Of a DNA stretch of 64,000 bases, positions 9,989-22,041 are shown one piece after another. The stretch is from Nitrospira japonica (GTDB lineage Bacteria; Nitrospirota; Thermodesulfovibrionia; Thermodesulfovibrionales; SM23-35): contig DYFC01000054.1 of NCBI GenBank assembly GCA_020725385.1, positions 138-64,137 of the forward strand, in the 5' to 3' direction. The position numbers were made by a program, and so were the translations under genes. The notes beneath the pieces are model-generated. The model saw only the letters and a list, made by a program, of their open reading frames with translations, was not told the origin of the DNA and searched no databases. Every line of letters begins with the position of its first letter. The first letter of the stretch is position 1.

Positions 9989-10819
9989 ATGAAAAAATCA
10001 AAATTGGTTCTTATATCCGGTTCGATAATCGTTTTTTTAAATCTCGTTATTGTAATCACCAGCCCCGGCGAATTATTCTCAAAAATTACAGGCTATATTT
10101 TTGCAATTATCAGCAGCTTTTCCTCTGTTGCAGGTTTGATGTTTGCTCTAAAATCCATGAAGGAAAAACAAATCAAATTAATTTATCTTTTATTGCTAAC
10201 GGGGATGTCTTTCTATTTTTTAGGTGAGTGTACCTATGCAATAATGGATCTATTGATGAAAATAAATATGAATGAAGCGTTTCCGTCTTTGCCGGATTTC
10301 TTCTGGGTTGCAGGGTATATTCCTTTATTTTCGGGGTTGGTGATAACAATAAAACATTATAAAGAAAAAACCAGCATTAGAGCGTTTAAGGGGTTAAGAT
10401 ACGCATTTACCATATTATTAATACCTTTTCTTGCAGGTTTCATATACATTTTTCTCATGCCAATTATTGAAGATTCAAAAACTACATTGGTTGCCAAATT
10501 TGTCTATCTCTTTTATCCGATAGGAGACATCTTTTTAATTGGTTGTTCGTTTTTAATCTTTTATATTGCGAGATTTTCGTATGATAAAAAATTTTTATTG
10601 CATTGGAAATATATTGCAGCAGGTTTTATTTTTATTACATTTGCAGACATAATTTATTCATACTTGACGTGGAGAGGTACATATAATCCCTCGGAACTTA
10701 TTGACGCTGCATGGAACACGGGATACTTCTTAATCGGGATAGGCGGTTTTAAAATATCAGAATATTCAAAATCAGAAAATTACCCGCAAAATTATTTTGA
10801 AAAATCTTCAAACTGGTAA
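9989..10819 (+). CDS. Multi-pass membrane protein resembling stand-alone sensor membrane domain
   Basis: About 7 hydrophobic segments; PSLPDFFW..GY, YPIGD, AD..Y motifs as in N-terminal membrane regions of signalling proteins; ATG at 9989 preferred over TTG 9971. Confidence 0.6.
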   Translation: MKKSKLVLISGSIIVFLNLVIVITSPGELFSKITGYIFAIISSFSSVAGLMFALKSMKEKQIKLIYLLLLTGMSFYFLGECTYAIMDLLMKINMNEAFPSLPDFFWVAGYIPLFSGLVITIKHYKEKTSIRAFKGLRYAFTILLIPFLAGFIYIFLMPIIEDSKTTLVAKFVYLFYPIGDIFLIGCSFLIFYIARFSYDKKFLLHWKYIAAGFIFITFADIIYSYLTWRGTYNPSELIDAAWNTGYFLIGIGGFKISEYSKSENYPQNYFEKSSNW

Positions 10820-10989
10820 GCAGACAGGCCCGGACAAATTTTAGATTTTTATTGTTCTTTTTTCTTGATTGACTATTTATTCAACAGAATGTTAACCTTT
10901 TTAGCGGAAATCTCAAACTTGAAGAATTAAACTATCATTATCCCTGAAATTGTTGAATCCTGCAAATTAACTTCTGAGGGTTTTCTAAA

Positions 10990-11898
10990 ATGAGGATAGC
11001 CAAACTTTTAAAAAGAAAAGATGGTCTCTGGTTTGTTGATAATTATGACCCTGACATGAGAATAATGTTCAAGGTCAAAAGAATTATAAAATACGAGAAA
11101 ACGCCGTTTCAGGAAATATTAATAGTTGAGATTAAAGATTTTGGCAAATGTCTTATCATTGATGGAATCACGCAAAGTTCTGAATTTGATGAATTTATTT
11201 ATCATGAATGCTTAATCCATCCAGCGCTTTTTCAGAAAAGCAACAATGAATCAATTTCAGCATTAGTTCTTGGGTACGGTGAAGGTGCAACAGTAAGAGA
11301 GCTTGTAAAATATGATAACTTAAAGCGTATAGCGGCAATTGATATTGATGAAAAAGCAGTAATGCTCTTAAGAAAATACTTCCCTTCAATGCATCAAAGT
11401 ACTTATAAAGATCCCCGGGTTAAAATACATTTTATAAGTGCAATCGATTATCTACAAAAATCTAATGAAAAATTTGATTTCATTTTTTCTGATATTAGTG
11501 ATCCAAGTTGTTTTAATTTAGCTTCTTCAAAAAATAAATCAGAACTTGCTTTTTATAGACTGATTAAGAAAACTTTAAACAGAAACGGAATTTTTATTTC
11601 CCATTCTTATTTTCTTAATGAACTAAATTATAGTGAACACAAAAAAATGCTTTTTACTTTGCAGAAAGTATTTAGAAAATCTTTCAGTATGCGGGTATTT
11701 GTGCCTTTCTATGGAAATTACTGGAGCTTTATATTATCGACAGATGACGATCATTTTGATCCAAGAAATTTTTCAAAACATGAATTTCAGAGGATAATTA
11801 AAGGCAAAGGGTTAAACGAAAAGTTAAAATATCTAAATTGGGATTCCTACAATGCATTATTTAGTTTACCCGTAGTTCTTGAGGAAAGATTAAAATGA
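10990..11898 (+). CDS. speE: Spermidine synthase-like aminopropyltransferase
   Basis: TPFQEI, LIIDGITQ, DEFIYHE, LVLGYGEGA, DID, DISDP. Confidence 0.8.
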   Translation: MRIAKLLKRKDGLWFVDNYDPDMRIMFKVKRIIKYEKTPFQEILIVEIKDFGKCLIIDGITQSSEFDEFIYHECLIHPALFQKSNNESISALVLGYGEGATVRELVKYDNLKRIAAIDIDEKAVMLLRKYFPSMHQSTYKDPRVKIHFISAIDYLQKSNEKFDFIFSDISDPSCFNLASSKNKSELAFYRLIKKTLNRNGIFISHSYFLNELNYSEHKKMLFTLQKVFRKSFSMRVFVPFYGNYWSFILSTDDDHFDPRNFSKHEFQRIIKGKGLNEKLKYLNWDSYNALFSLPVVLEERLK

Positions 11899-12009
11899 AA
11901 AAAATCTAATTAAATTGCAACTGAAATAATGCAGATAATCCATATTCAGGCTATTTTAATTATTTCGATTACCCCTCTTTTCTTAAAGAAATTTTATTTT
12001 CGATTAGCA

Positions 12010-12165
12010 ATCACGCAATCCATCCTTGCCAAAGCTTTCTGCGGCGAGCTTTTTTCTAAGGACCCCAATGACCTGTTTGCATCTGTATTGATTGAAAGGA
12101 TAAGGGCAGAGAAGGAAAAACAGGGACTAAATAGAAAAAAGAATGTTAAAATAAAACAAAAATAA
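12010..12165 (+). pseudogene. hsdS: C-terminal remnant of type I R-M specificity subunit
   Basis: ITQSILAKAFCGEL..DPND..ASVLIERIRAE is the typical HsdS C-terminus; the rest of the gene is absent. Confidence 0.7.
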
Positions 12166-12176
12166 TGGAGGATTAG

Positions 12177-12380
12177 ATGAAGACCTATGAATATTTAGCA
12201 GAGGTTTTGTCTGACGGGCATCTTTCAATTCCAAAAGATTTAAGTGATAAACTAAAGCCCGAGACCAAGGTAAGGGTAATGTTATTACTTGATGATGAAG
12301 ATACTGCATGGAATAGCTTTGCATTATCAGAATTTTTAAAGGGATATTCAGAAAAAGATGCTATCTATGATGAGTTATAA
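12177..12380 (+). CDS. Putative antitoxin
   Basis: 67 aa acidic protein overlapping the start of a PemK toxin; DGHLSIP AbrB-like motif; GGAG RBS. Confidence 0.65.
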   Translation: MKTYEYLAEVLSDGHLSIPKDLSDKLKPETKVRVMLLLDDEDTAWNSFALSEFLKGYSEKDAIYDEL

Positions 12381-12693
12381 CTTTTGCGATATTGTTCTTA
12401 TTGAATTTCCTCATGCTGACCTTCAGCACACCTCAAAAAGACCTGCTCTTGTTCTATATGATTCTGGTGATATGGATATTCTTGTAGCAAGAATAACTAC
12501 TCAAATATATTCAACAGATACTGACTACAAAATCCTTAAATGGAAAGAAAGCGGCCTTTTAGCCGAATCGTGTATAAGATTATCCAAACAGGCAACCATA
12601 GAAAAACAATATATTACAAAAAAACTTGGGAAATTGTCTGTTTCTGAGATAGAGAATATAAAAACTATTCTTCGAAAAATCTATCTCTTATAA
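12367..12693 (+). CDS. PemK/MazF family toxin
   Basis: DIVLIEFP..D...SKRPALV...ARITT...GL..ES.IR; start codon uncertain (12358/12367/12370). Confidence 0.85.
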   Translation: MMSYNFCDIVLIEFPHADLQHTSKRPALVLYDSGDMDILVARITTQIYSTDTDYKILKWKESGLLAESCIRLSKQATIEKQYITKKLGKLSVSEIENIKTILRKIYLL

Positions 12694-12698
12694 CACTT

Positions 12699-12920
12699 AT
12701 GAAAAGATTGAAGATCTTCCTGTATCAGATTACAGATATGGCATCTGCAATAATTGTTGCTCATAACCATCCATCAGGTGGATTATTACCGAGCAAAGAG
12801 GATGTTGAAATTACAAAACAATTAAAAAATGCGGGTGATATTCTCGGCATCAGACTTGTAGACCATATCATATTTAATCACAAAGAATATTACAGCTTTC
12901 TGGAAAAAGGAGAATTGTAA
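12699..12920 (+). pseudogene. radC: RadC/JAB-domain gene, internally deleted
   Basis: AHNHPSG...PSKED...LVDHII JAB motif; only 73 aa; N-terminal IEDLPVSD remnant in a shifted frame. Confidence 0.75.
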
Positions 12921-13110
12921 TAGGTTTTGATAGATGAGATAGAGTGTGTCTTGTCCGTCATTATGGTTTTACAGAGAAGGGAAAGGCTGTTACACGTAAG
13001 AGATGACAAAATTGCTAAATTTGTGGAATTTAAAAATCTCTAACTCCGAATTTTGTTATTGTAGATTCAGAAGCAACCCTAAAAAAACAAGTTCGAGACA
13101 AGATTTATAA

Positions 13111-13638
13111 TTACAACAATCCTTCCTTTTTTTCCATTTCTTCAAGTTTTTCTCTTTTTTCTTTACAGTCTATGCAGTAGATAGCATATGGAAGGATTTT
13201 AAGTCTCTGTTCGCTTATTTCCTCACCGCAGTCCTCACAAATTCCGTAAGTACCTTCATCAAGTTTCCTTAATGCTTCGTCTATTTTCTGCAAGTCTTCT
13301 CTATGTGTATTCATATGCTTGAGATTAATATCTTCAGACAAATCAACTATTGACCAGTCTCCATCGTCAAGTGCAGTATCAACAAGTTGTTTGGATTCAC
13401 CTTTTATATATTTAGACATGTCTTCTTTAATTTCTTTGAGAATTTCCTTGCGTTTTGCAAGAAGTAATTTTTTTAATCTAATCTTTCTTTCTTCTTCGGT
13501 TTCTTTTGTCTCTATTTTCTTTGCAGTTGAATGATGTTTTTTCGAAAGCATAGGTTTTTTATGTTTTAAAATATCCTTTTTCTTAGTTGAAGTCGATTTA
13601 ATTATAGACTTCTTTTTCTTTGATTTTTTTTCTGCCAT
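13111..13638 (-). CDS. dksA: DksA/TraR C4 zinc-finger protein with Lys-rich N-terminus
   Basis: GTYGICEDCGEEI...RL...P....CIDC; coiled-coil tip DDGDWS. Confidence 0.8.
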   Translation of the reverse strand: MAEKKSKKKKSIIKSTSTKKKDILKHKKPMLSKKHHSTAKKIETKETEEERKIRLKKLLLAKRKEILKEIKEDMSKYIKGESKQLVDTALDDGDWSIVDLSEDINLKHMNTHREDLQKIDEALRKLDEGTYGICEDCGEEISEQRLKILPYAIYCIDCKEKREKLEEMEKKEGLL

Positions 13639-13640
13639 TG

Positions 13641-13793
13641 TTAATTTTTTTCCTGTAAATTCTTTTCTTCTTTTACTTCTTCCTTATAAATCTCTATTAT
13701 GCTTCTGACATTTATGCCTGCTGTTTTAAGAGCTTTTTGTATGTCCAAAAGCTTTGCATCGGTTACTTTAAGAATAAAATTGCTGCTTGTCAT
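13641..13793 (-). CDS. Small protein (50 aa), not in ORF track
   Basis: MTSSNFILKVTDAKLLDIQKALKTAGINVRSIIEIYKEEVKEEKNLQEKN fills the frr-dksA gap with 1-2 nt spacing at each end. Confidence 0.65.
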   Translation of the reverse strand: MTSSNFILKVTDAKLLDIQKALKTAGINVRSIIEIYKEEVKEEKNLQEKN

Positions 13794-13794
13794 C

Positions 13795-15659
<1,865 letters not shown>

Positions 15660-15663
<4 letters not shown>

Positions 15664-16421
15664 TCTTTTACCTCTGCTTCTTCTTGTTGTATTTTCTCTT
15701 CAATTTTTGCTTTTTCTACCTCTTCAGCCTGAGTTTTCGATAAAGTTTCTTTTCCTTCAATAATAGCGTCAGCTATTTTGGAGGTTATCAATTTTATCGC
15801 TCTTATAGCATCATCATTACCCGGAATAACATAGTCAACCTCATCAGGGTCACAGTTTGTATCAACAATTGCGATAACAGGTATTTTTAATTTTTTTGCT
15901 TCAGCAATTGCGATTCTCTCTTTTTTAGGGTCAACAATGAAAATAGCTCCGGGCAACGTGTTCATTTCTTTTATCCCAGAAAGATTTTTTTCGAGTTTGT
16001 CTCTTTCTTTTTCTAAAGCCGAGACTTCTTTCTTAGGCAATAATTCATAAGTGCCGTCCTGTTTCATTGTCTCTATTTTTTTAAGTTTTTCGATGCTCTT
16101 TTTAATTGTAGAAAAATTTGTTAACATTCCACCGAGCCATCGCTGGTTAACGTAATATGCTCCTGCTCTTTCAGCTTCTTCACGAATGGCATCCTGGGAT
16201 TGCTTTTTTGTTCCGACAAAAAGGACAGGCAATCCAGCGATTGAAACTTCCTTGACGAAGTTATAAGCATCTTCAAGTCCTTTTACTGTTTTTTGAAGGT
16301 CAATGATATAGATGCCATTTCTTTCTCCAAAGATATATTTTTTCATCTTCGGATGCCATCTTTTTACCTGATGACCGAAATGAACACCTGCCTCAAGCAA
16401 TTCTTTCATTGCTGCTACCAT
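15660..16421 (-). CDS. rpsB: 30S ribosomal protein S2
   Basis: [27 protein letters not shown]. Confidence 0.98.
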
Positions 16422-16646
16422 GTTATTTTTTTCTCCTCCTGTTTCTTTACAAAAAGCACAGTCTCATTCAGTCCCCTGAATTTATTCAGATTCCTGAATT
16501 CCTCTGTTCCAGATGTGAAAATATGGATTTCCTTAAAAAGGAAAATAATTTACTTCAGGATATAAAGACTACCATAAAAAAGGCATTTTTTTCAAGGGAT
16601 ATGTAATAATAATTATTAAACAAATTTTTTATTTCGAGGTGATATT

Positions 16647-17948
16647 ATGATAGAACGTTATACCCTCAAAGAAATGGGAGATTTATGGAAGCTTGAAAAT
16701 AAATACAGAAAGTGGCTTGATGTTGAAATCGCAGTCTGTGAAGCATGGGCTGAAATCGGAGAAATACCAGTTGATGCAGTCCAGTCAATAAAAGAAAAAG
16801 CAAAGTTTGATATATCTGAAATAGATAAAATTGAGAAGGTTGTCAAACATGATGTAATAGCATTTTTAACTTCAGTTGCTCATAGTCTTGGTAATGAATC
16901 AAGATTTGTTCATAAAGGGCTTACATCTTCTGATATACTCGACACATCTCTTGCCCTTTTGCTTCGTGAAGCCTCTGATATAATCATCAAAGATATTAGA
17001 GAATTGATGGAAGTCTTAAAGCATCAGGCTTATAAATATAAAGACATTCCTGTTATTGGAAGGAGTCATGGAGTACACGCAGAACCCATGACTTTCGGCC
17101 TTAAGTTTGCTCTCTGGTATGAAGATATGAAGAGAAATTTAATAAGAATGAAAAGGGCTAAAGATATTATAAGTGTTGGCAAGCTTTCAGGAGCTGTCGG
17201 AACTTTTTCAAATATTCCGCCAATAATTGAGGAAAAAGTATGTATCAGACTGGGGCTTAAACCCGAGCCTGTTGCTACCCAGATTGTCCAGAGGGACAGG
17301 CATGCTGAATATCTGACCGTGCTTTCATTAATTGCTGCATCAATAGAAAAAATTGCTCTTGAGATAAGACATCTCCAGCGGACCGAAGTTCTGGAGGCAG
17401 AAGAACCTTTTATGAAAGGACAGAAAGGTTCTTCTGCAATGCCTCATAAAAGGAATCCGGTAGGCTGCGAAAATCTTTCAGGGCTTGCGAGAATCGTAAG
17501 AGCAAATTCTATTGCTGCTCTTGAAAACATAGCTTTATGGCATGAAAGAGATATTTCCCATTCATCCGTTGAAAGGATAATAATACCTGATAGTACTATA
17601 CTTGTTGATTATATGCTTCAGAGAATAAAAGGAATTCTCACAGGATTACAGGTATATCAAAAAAATATGAAAAAGAACTTAGAAAAGAGTTACGGCCTGT
17701 TTAATTCACAGAGAGTTCTTCTTGCGTTAATTGAAAAAGGTGTTACACGTGAAAAAGCATATGAACTAATTCAAAAGAATGCTATGAATAGCTGGAAAAC
17801 AGGGAAACAGTTTAAAATGCTTCTTAAGAAAGATAAAGAAATAAAGAAATTACTTACACCTAAAGAAATAGAAGATATTTTTGACCTGAAATATTATCTT
17901 AAAAATATTGATTATATTTTTGATAGGGTTTTCAAAAGGGTAAGCTAA
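16647..17948 (+). CDS. purB: Adenylosuccinate lyase
   Basis: GRSHGVHAEP, GSSAMPHKRNP. Confidence 0.97.
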   Translation: MIERYTLKEMGDLWKLENKYRKWLDVEIAVCEAWAEIGEIPVDAVQSIKEKAKFDISEIDKIEKVVKHDVIAFLTSVAHSLGNESRFVHKGLTSSDILDTSLALLLREASDIIIKDIRELMEVLKHQAYKYKDIPVIGRSHGVHAEPMTFGLKFALWYEDMKRNLIRMKRAKDIISVGKLSGAVGTFSNIPPIIEEKVCIRLGLKPEPVATQIVQRDRHAEYLTVLSLIAASIEKIALEIRHLQRTEVLEAEEPFMKGQKGSSAMPHKRNPVGCENLSGLARIVRANSIAALENIALWHERDISHSSVERIIIPDSTILVDYMLQRIKGILTGLQVYQKNMKKNLEKSYGLFNSQRVLLALIEKGVTREKAYELIQKNAMNSWKTGKQFKMLLKKDKEIKKLLTPKEIEDIFDLKYYLKNIDYIFDRVFKRVS

Positions 17949-20900
17949 ATGAAATTACTCCACTATTACCGTAAACCAGTTTTAAATACTTCAGGGAAAA
18001 ATTCATTGCTGTCTTCTTTAAAGGCAAAGGGTTTTTTAAATATACAGGATATTGAGACAGAGTATTGTTTTAATATTGAAATTTCTGAAAGACTGACAGA
18101 AGATGAGACTTTAAAATTAAAATGGCTCCTTTCAGAAACATTTGAACCTGATAATTTCAACGACAAAAGTTTTCTTGAAAAAGGCAAGGATAGTTCCTTT
18201 ATTATTGAGGTTGGTCCGCGTATGAATTTTACAACAGCATGGTCAACAAATGCAGTATCAATATGCCATTCATGCGGACTCAATAAAATAAAAAGAATTG
18301 AACGTTCAAGAAGATACAAACTTATATCAGATAAAAGAAATCATTCTAAAGATAATTCCGGGTCTTCTTTCATTCAAACTTTCCTGAATTTAGTTCACGA
18401 TAGAATGACAGAATGTCAGTATTTAGAGCCTCTCGAAACCTTTGAAACCGGTCTAAAACCTGAAAAAGTTTTCATTGTACCGCTTATTGAAGAAGGGAAA
18501 GATGCTCTAAGAAAAATAAATATTGATATGGGACTCGGACTTGATGAGTGGGATATAGATTATTACTACAATCTATTTGTTAAAGATATGGGGAGGAATC
18601 CTACTAATGTTGAATGTTTTGATCTCGGTCAGTCAAACAGCGAACATTCACGCCATTGGTTTTTTAAAGGAAAATTAATTATTGATGGACAGGAAATGCC
18701 TCATACATTGATGGAAATAATCAAAGAGCCTTTGGTTAAAAATCCATCAAATAGTGTGATAGCATTTAAAGATAACTCAAGCGCAATCAAGGGCTATTCT
18801 GTTTTTACTATTATTCCGTCAAATCCCGAAAAGCCATCAAGTCTGAAAAAAATAGAGCTTAAATACCATCCAATATTTACAGCAGAGACTCATAACTTCC
18901 CAACAGGAGTCGCACCATTTCCAGGAGCTGAAACAGGAACCGGAGGCAGAATTAGAGATGTACATGCTACAGGAAGGGGAAGCCTTGTCATCGCCGGCAC
19001 TGCAGCTTACTGTGTTGGTAATCTTCTAATTCCAGGCTACAATATGCCATGGGAAGACCCTTCTTTTAATTATCCTCCAAATCTTGCATCTCCTTTACAG
19101 ATAGAAATAGAAGCGAGCAATGGTGCTTCTGACTATGGAAATAAATTCGGAGAGCCAATAATTCAGGGCTTTACAAGATCATTTGGATTGAGAATGTCTG
19201 ATGGAGAAAGAAGAGAATGGATAAAACCAATTATGTTTACCGGTGGGGTTGGACAGATTGATGAAAGACATTGCGAGAAAGGTCATCCTGAAAAAGGCAT
19301 GTTTGTCATAAAAATAGGAGGACCTGCTTATAGAATAGGAATTGGCGGTGGAGCAGCTTCAAGTATGATTCAGGGTGAGAATATTGCAGAACTCGATTTT
19401 AGCGCTGTACAACGCGGGGATGCTGAAATGGAACAGAAAGTTAACCGTGTAATAAGAGCTTGTGTAGAAATGGGTGACAATAACCCGATAATAAGCATTC
19501 ATGATCAGGGTGCAGGCGGAAATTGCAATGTTGTTAAAGAAATTATTTATCCTGAAGGCGCAAAAATTAACATAAGGGAAATACACCTTGGAGATAATAC
19601 ATTGTCGGTTCTTGAAATCTGGGGAGCTGAATATCAGGAGCAGGATGCTTTACTATTAAGAAAAGAAGATTTGAATCTTTTTACAGAAATATGTTCAAGA
19701 GAAAAAGTTCCCTGTGCTGTTATCGGTGAAATTACAGGAGATGGTTTTATAGTGCTTTATGATGAGCTCGATGGAAGTACTCCTGTAAATCTTGAACTCT
19801 CCAAAATACTCGGTGACATGCCTCAAAAAACTTTTAAAACAGAACGCACTGCCAGAAATAATAAACCACTTGAATTTTCAGAAAGCCTAACAATAAGAGA
19901 AGCTCTCGATAGGGTATTGAGACTTGTTTCAGTTGGTTCAAAAAGATTTCTCACAAACAAGGTTGATCGCTCTGTAACAGGACTTATCGCAAGGCAGCAA
20001 TGTGTAGGACCTTTGCAGTTAACTTTATCGGATGTTGCTGTTGTTAGCCAAAGTCATTTTTCCAAGACAGGAATAGCAATATCAATCGGAGAACAGCCTA
20101 TAAAAGGATTGATAAATCCTGCTTCTATGGCAAGAATGTGTGTTGCTGAAGCACTTACAAATATAGTATGGGCAAAAATAAGTTCGCTTCAGGATATTAA
20201 ATGTTCGGGGAACTGGATGTGGGCAGCAAAACTTCAAGGAGAAGGAGCAAATATATACGATGCTGCTCTGGCATTGAAAGATATTTTATGCGAGCTTGGT
20301 ATAGCTATAGACGGTGGTAAAGACAGTCTTTCAATGGCTGCAAAAGTAATAAATAATGATGGAAATACTGAAATTGTAAAATCTCCGGGGACACTCGTTA
20401 TCTCAGCTTATGCAACCTGTCCTGACATTTCAAAAGTCATTACACCGGATATTAAGAGACCTGGATTAAGTAAGCTTATCTTTATAGATGTTGCCGGAGG
20501 CAAGTGCAGGCTTGGAGGCTCGGCATTAGCCCAGTGTTATAAACAAATAGGGGATGAATGTCCTGATGTTAATGACACTGAAGTATTAGAGAATGCATTC
20601 AATGCTATACAGAAAATGATCGATAGGGATTTAATTCTTTCAGGCCATGACAGAAGTGATGGTGGATTGATTGTTACATTGCTTGAGATGGCTTTTGGTG
20701 GAAATTGCGGAATAAAAATAAAAATTCAAGATTCAAAATTCAAAACTCAAGATGCGAGATACAAGATGCAAGAGAGAGGGAAAACCGGGACTTATAGCTT
20801 CTCAAATAATGATTTATTATCAGTTTTATTTTCTGAAGAAATAGGAATGGTTATTGAATATATGCCAGAGAACGAAAGTGAAATAGTTTCAATCTTAAAT

Positions 20901-21959
20901 TCAAAGAATATACCTTATCAGATAATTGGTGAAACTATTATTGATAAAAATATATCAATATCAATTAACAATCAGATTGTACTAAATGAAGATATGAGGG
21001 TTCTCAGAGATATATGGGAAGACACAAGTTATCAACTTGATAGATTGCAGGCAAATCCTGAATGTGTTGAAATCGAGAAAAAAGTTATTTTTGATAGAGA
21101 AGGGCTAAAATATAACCTTTCATTTGTTCCAGAAGAAACACCTGATATTAGCCTGATAAAAAGCATTAAACCAAAGGTTGCTATATTAAGGGAAGAAGGA
21201 AGTAATGGTGACAGAGAAATGACATCTGCTTTCTTCACAGCCGGTTTTGATGTCTGGGATATTACTATGACAGATTTGCTTGAAGAAAGAATTAGTCTTA
21301 ATGAATTCAGGGGAGTTGTTTTTGTTGGAGGCTTCAGCTATGCAGATGTTCTTGATTCTGCTAAAGGCTGGGCCGGAACAATAAGGTTCAACCAGAAACT
21401 TTATGAGCAATTTGTAGATTTCTATGAAAGAAAAGACACCTTTAGTCTTGGTGTATGCAATGGATGTCAGTTAATGGCTTTACTTGGATGGATACCATGG
21501 AGAGGTATTTCAGACACAATACAACCGAGATTTATACGGAATAAATCCGGCAGATTCGAGTCAAGGTTTTCAACAGTCAAAATACTTAAAAGCCCTTCAA
21601 TAATGCTCAAAGGAATGGAAGGCTCTGTTCTTGGAATATGGATTGCACATGGAGAAGGAAGACTTTATTTTCCTGATGAAGAAATGTTAAAGGAAGTTAT
21701 ACAACAAAATCTTGCTCCTCTAAGATATGTTGATGACAAAGGTGAAGAAACAGAAATATATCCTTTTAATCCAAATGGTTCACCTTATGGAATAACTGCT
21801 TTATGTTCACCGGATGGAAGACACCTTGCTATGATGCCCCATCCTGAGAGAGTTTTTCTCAAATGGCAATGGCCGTATATGCCTGAAGAATGGAAAAACT
21901 TAAAAGCATCACCATGGCTCAAAATGTTCCAGAATGCATTAAAGTGGTGCTCGGCCTGA
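17949..21959 (+). CDS. purL: Phosphoribosylformylglycinamidine synthase, large single-chain type
   Basis: NSEHSRH, ETHNFP, GGKDSLSM, GVCNGCQ, MPHPER; 1336 aa. Confidence 0.97.
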   Translation: MKLLHYYRKPVLNTSGKNSLLSSLKAKGFLNIQDIETEYCFNIEISERLTEDETLKLKWLLSETFEPDNFNDKSFLEKGKDSSFIIEVGPRMNFTTAWSTNAVSICHSCGLNKIKRIERSRRYKLISDKRNHSKDNSGSSFIQTFLNLVHDRMTECQYLEPLETFETGLKPEKVFIVPLIEEGKDALRKINIDMGLGLDEWDIDYYYNLFVKDMGRNPTNVECFDLGQSNSEHSRHWFFKGKLIIDGQEMPHTLMEIIKEPLVKNPSNSVIAFKDNSSAIKGYSVFTIIPSNPEKPSSLKKIELKYHPIFTAETHNFPTGVAPFPGAETGTGGRIRDVHATGRGSLVIAGTAAYCVGNLLIPGYNMPWEDPSFNYPPNLASPLQIEIEASNGASDYGNKFGEPIIQGFTRSFGLRMSDGERREWIKPIMFTGGVGQIDERHCEKGHPEKGMFVIKIGGPAYRIGIGGGAASSMIQGENIAELDFSAVQRGDAEMEQKVNRVIRACVEMGDNNPIISIHDQGAGGNCNVVKEIIYPEGAKINIREIHLGDNTLSVLEIWGAEYQEQDALLLRKEDLNLFTEICSREKVPCAVIGEITGDGFIVLYDELDGSTPVNLELSKILGDMPQKTFKTERTARNNKPLEFSESLTIREALDRVLRLVSVGSKRFLTNKVDRSVTGLIARQQCVGPLQLTLSDVAVVSQSHFSKTGIAISIGEQPIKGLINPASMARMCVAEALTNIVWAKISSLQDIKCSGNWMWAAKLQGEGANIYDAALALKDILCELGIAIDGGKDSLSMAAKVINNDGNTEIVKSPGTLVISAYATCPDISKVITPDIKRPGLSKLIFIDVAGGKCRLGGSALAQCYKQIGDECPDVNDTEVLENAFNAIQKMIDRDLILSGHDRSDGGLIVTLLEMAFGGNCGIKIKIQDSKFKTQDARYKMQERGKTGTYSFSNNDLLSVLFSEEIGMVIEYMPENESEIVSILNSKNIPYQIIGETIIDKNISISINNQIVLNEDMRVLRDIWEDTSYQLDRLQANPECVEIEKKVIFDREGLKYNLSFVPEETPDISLIKSIKPKVAILREEGSNGDREMTSAFFTAGFDVWDITMTDLLEERISLNEFRGVVFVGGFSYADVLDSAKGWAGTIRFNQKLYEQFVDFYERKDTFSLGVCNGCQLMALLGWIPWRGISDTIQPRFIRNKSGRFESRFSTVKILKSPSIMLKGMEGSVLGIWIAHGEGRLYFPDEEMLKEVIQQNLAPLRYVDDKGEETEIYPFNPNGSPYGITALCSPDGRHLAMMPHPERVFLKWQWPYMPEEWKNLKASPWLKMFQNALKWCSA
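20723..20771 (+). repeat. In-frame heptamer tandem array inside purL
   Basis: aattcaa gattcaa aattcaa aactcaa gatgcga gatacaa gatgcaa, encoding IQDSKFKTQDARYKMQ. Confidence 0.85.
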
Positions 21960-22041
21960 AAGCTTATTTGAAGTAGCGAAAAAATAAAAAATTTTTGTAA
22001 TATCTGAATTACGCGGGTTAAATAGGTTATAATCTTCTGTC

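Noticed and set aside
11929-12009. 5' part of the 78-aa ORF as a real gene start
   Set aside because: Not HsdS-like and no RBS; only the 3' part matches a gene remnant
13060-13105. Possible third REP-like remnant between radC and dksA
   Set aside because: Too degenerate to support
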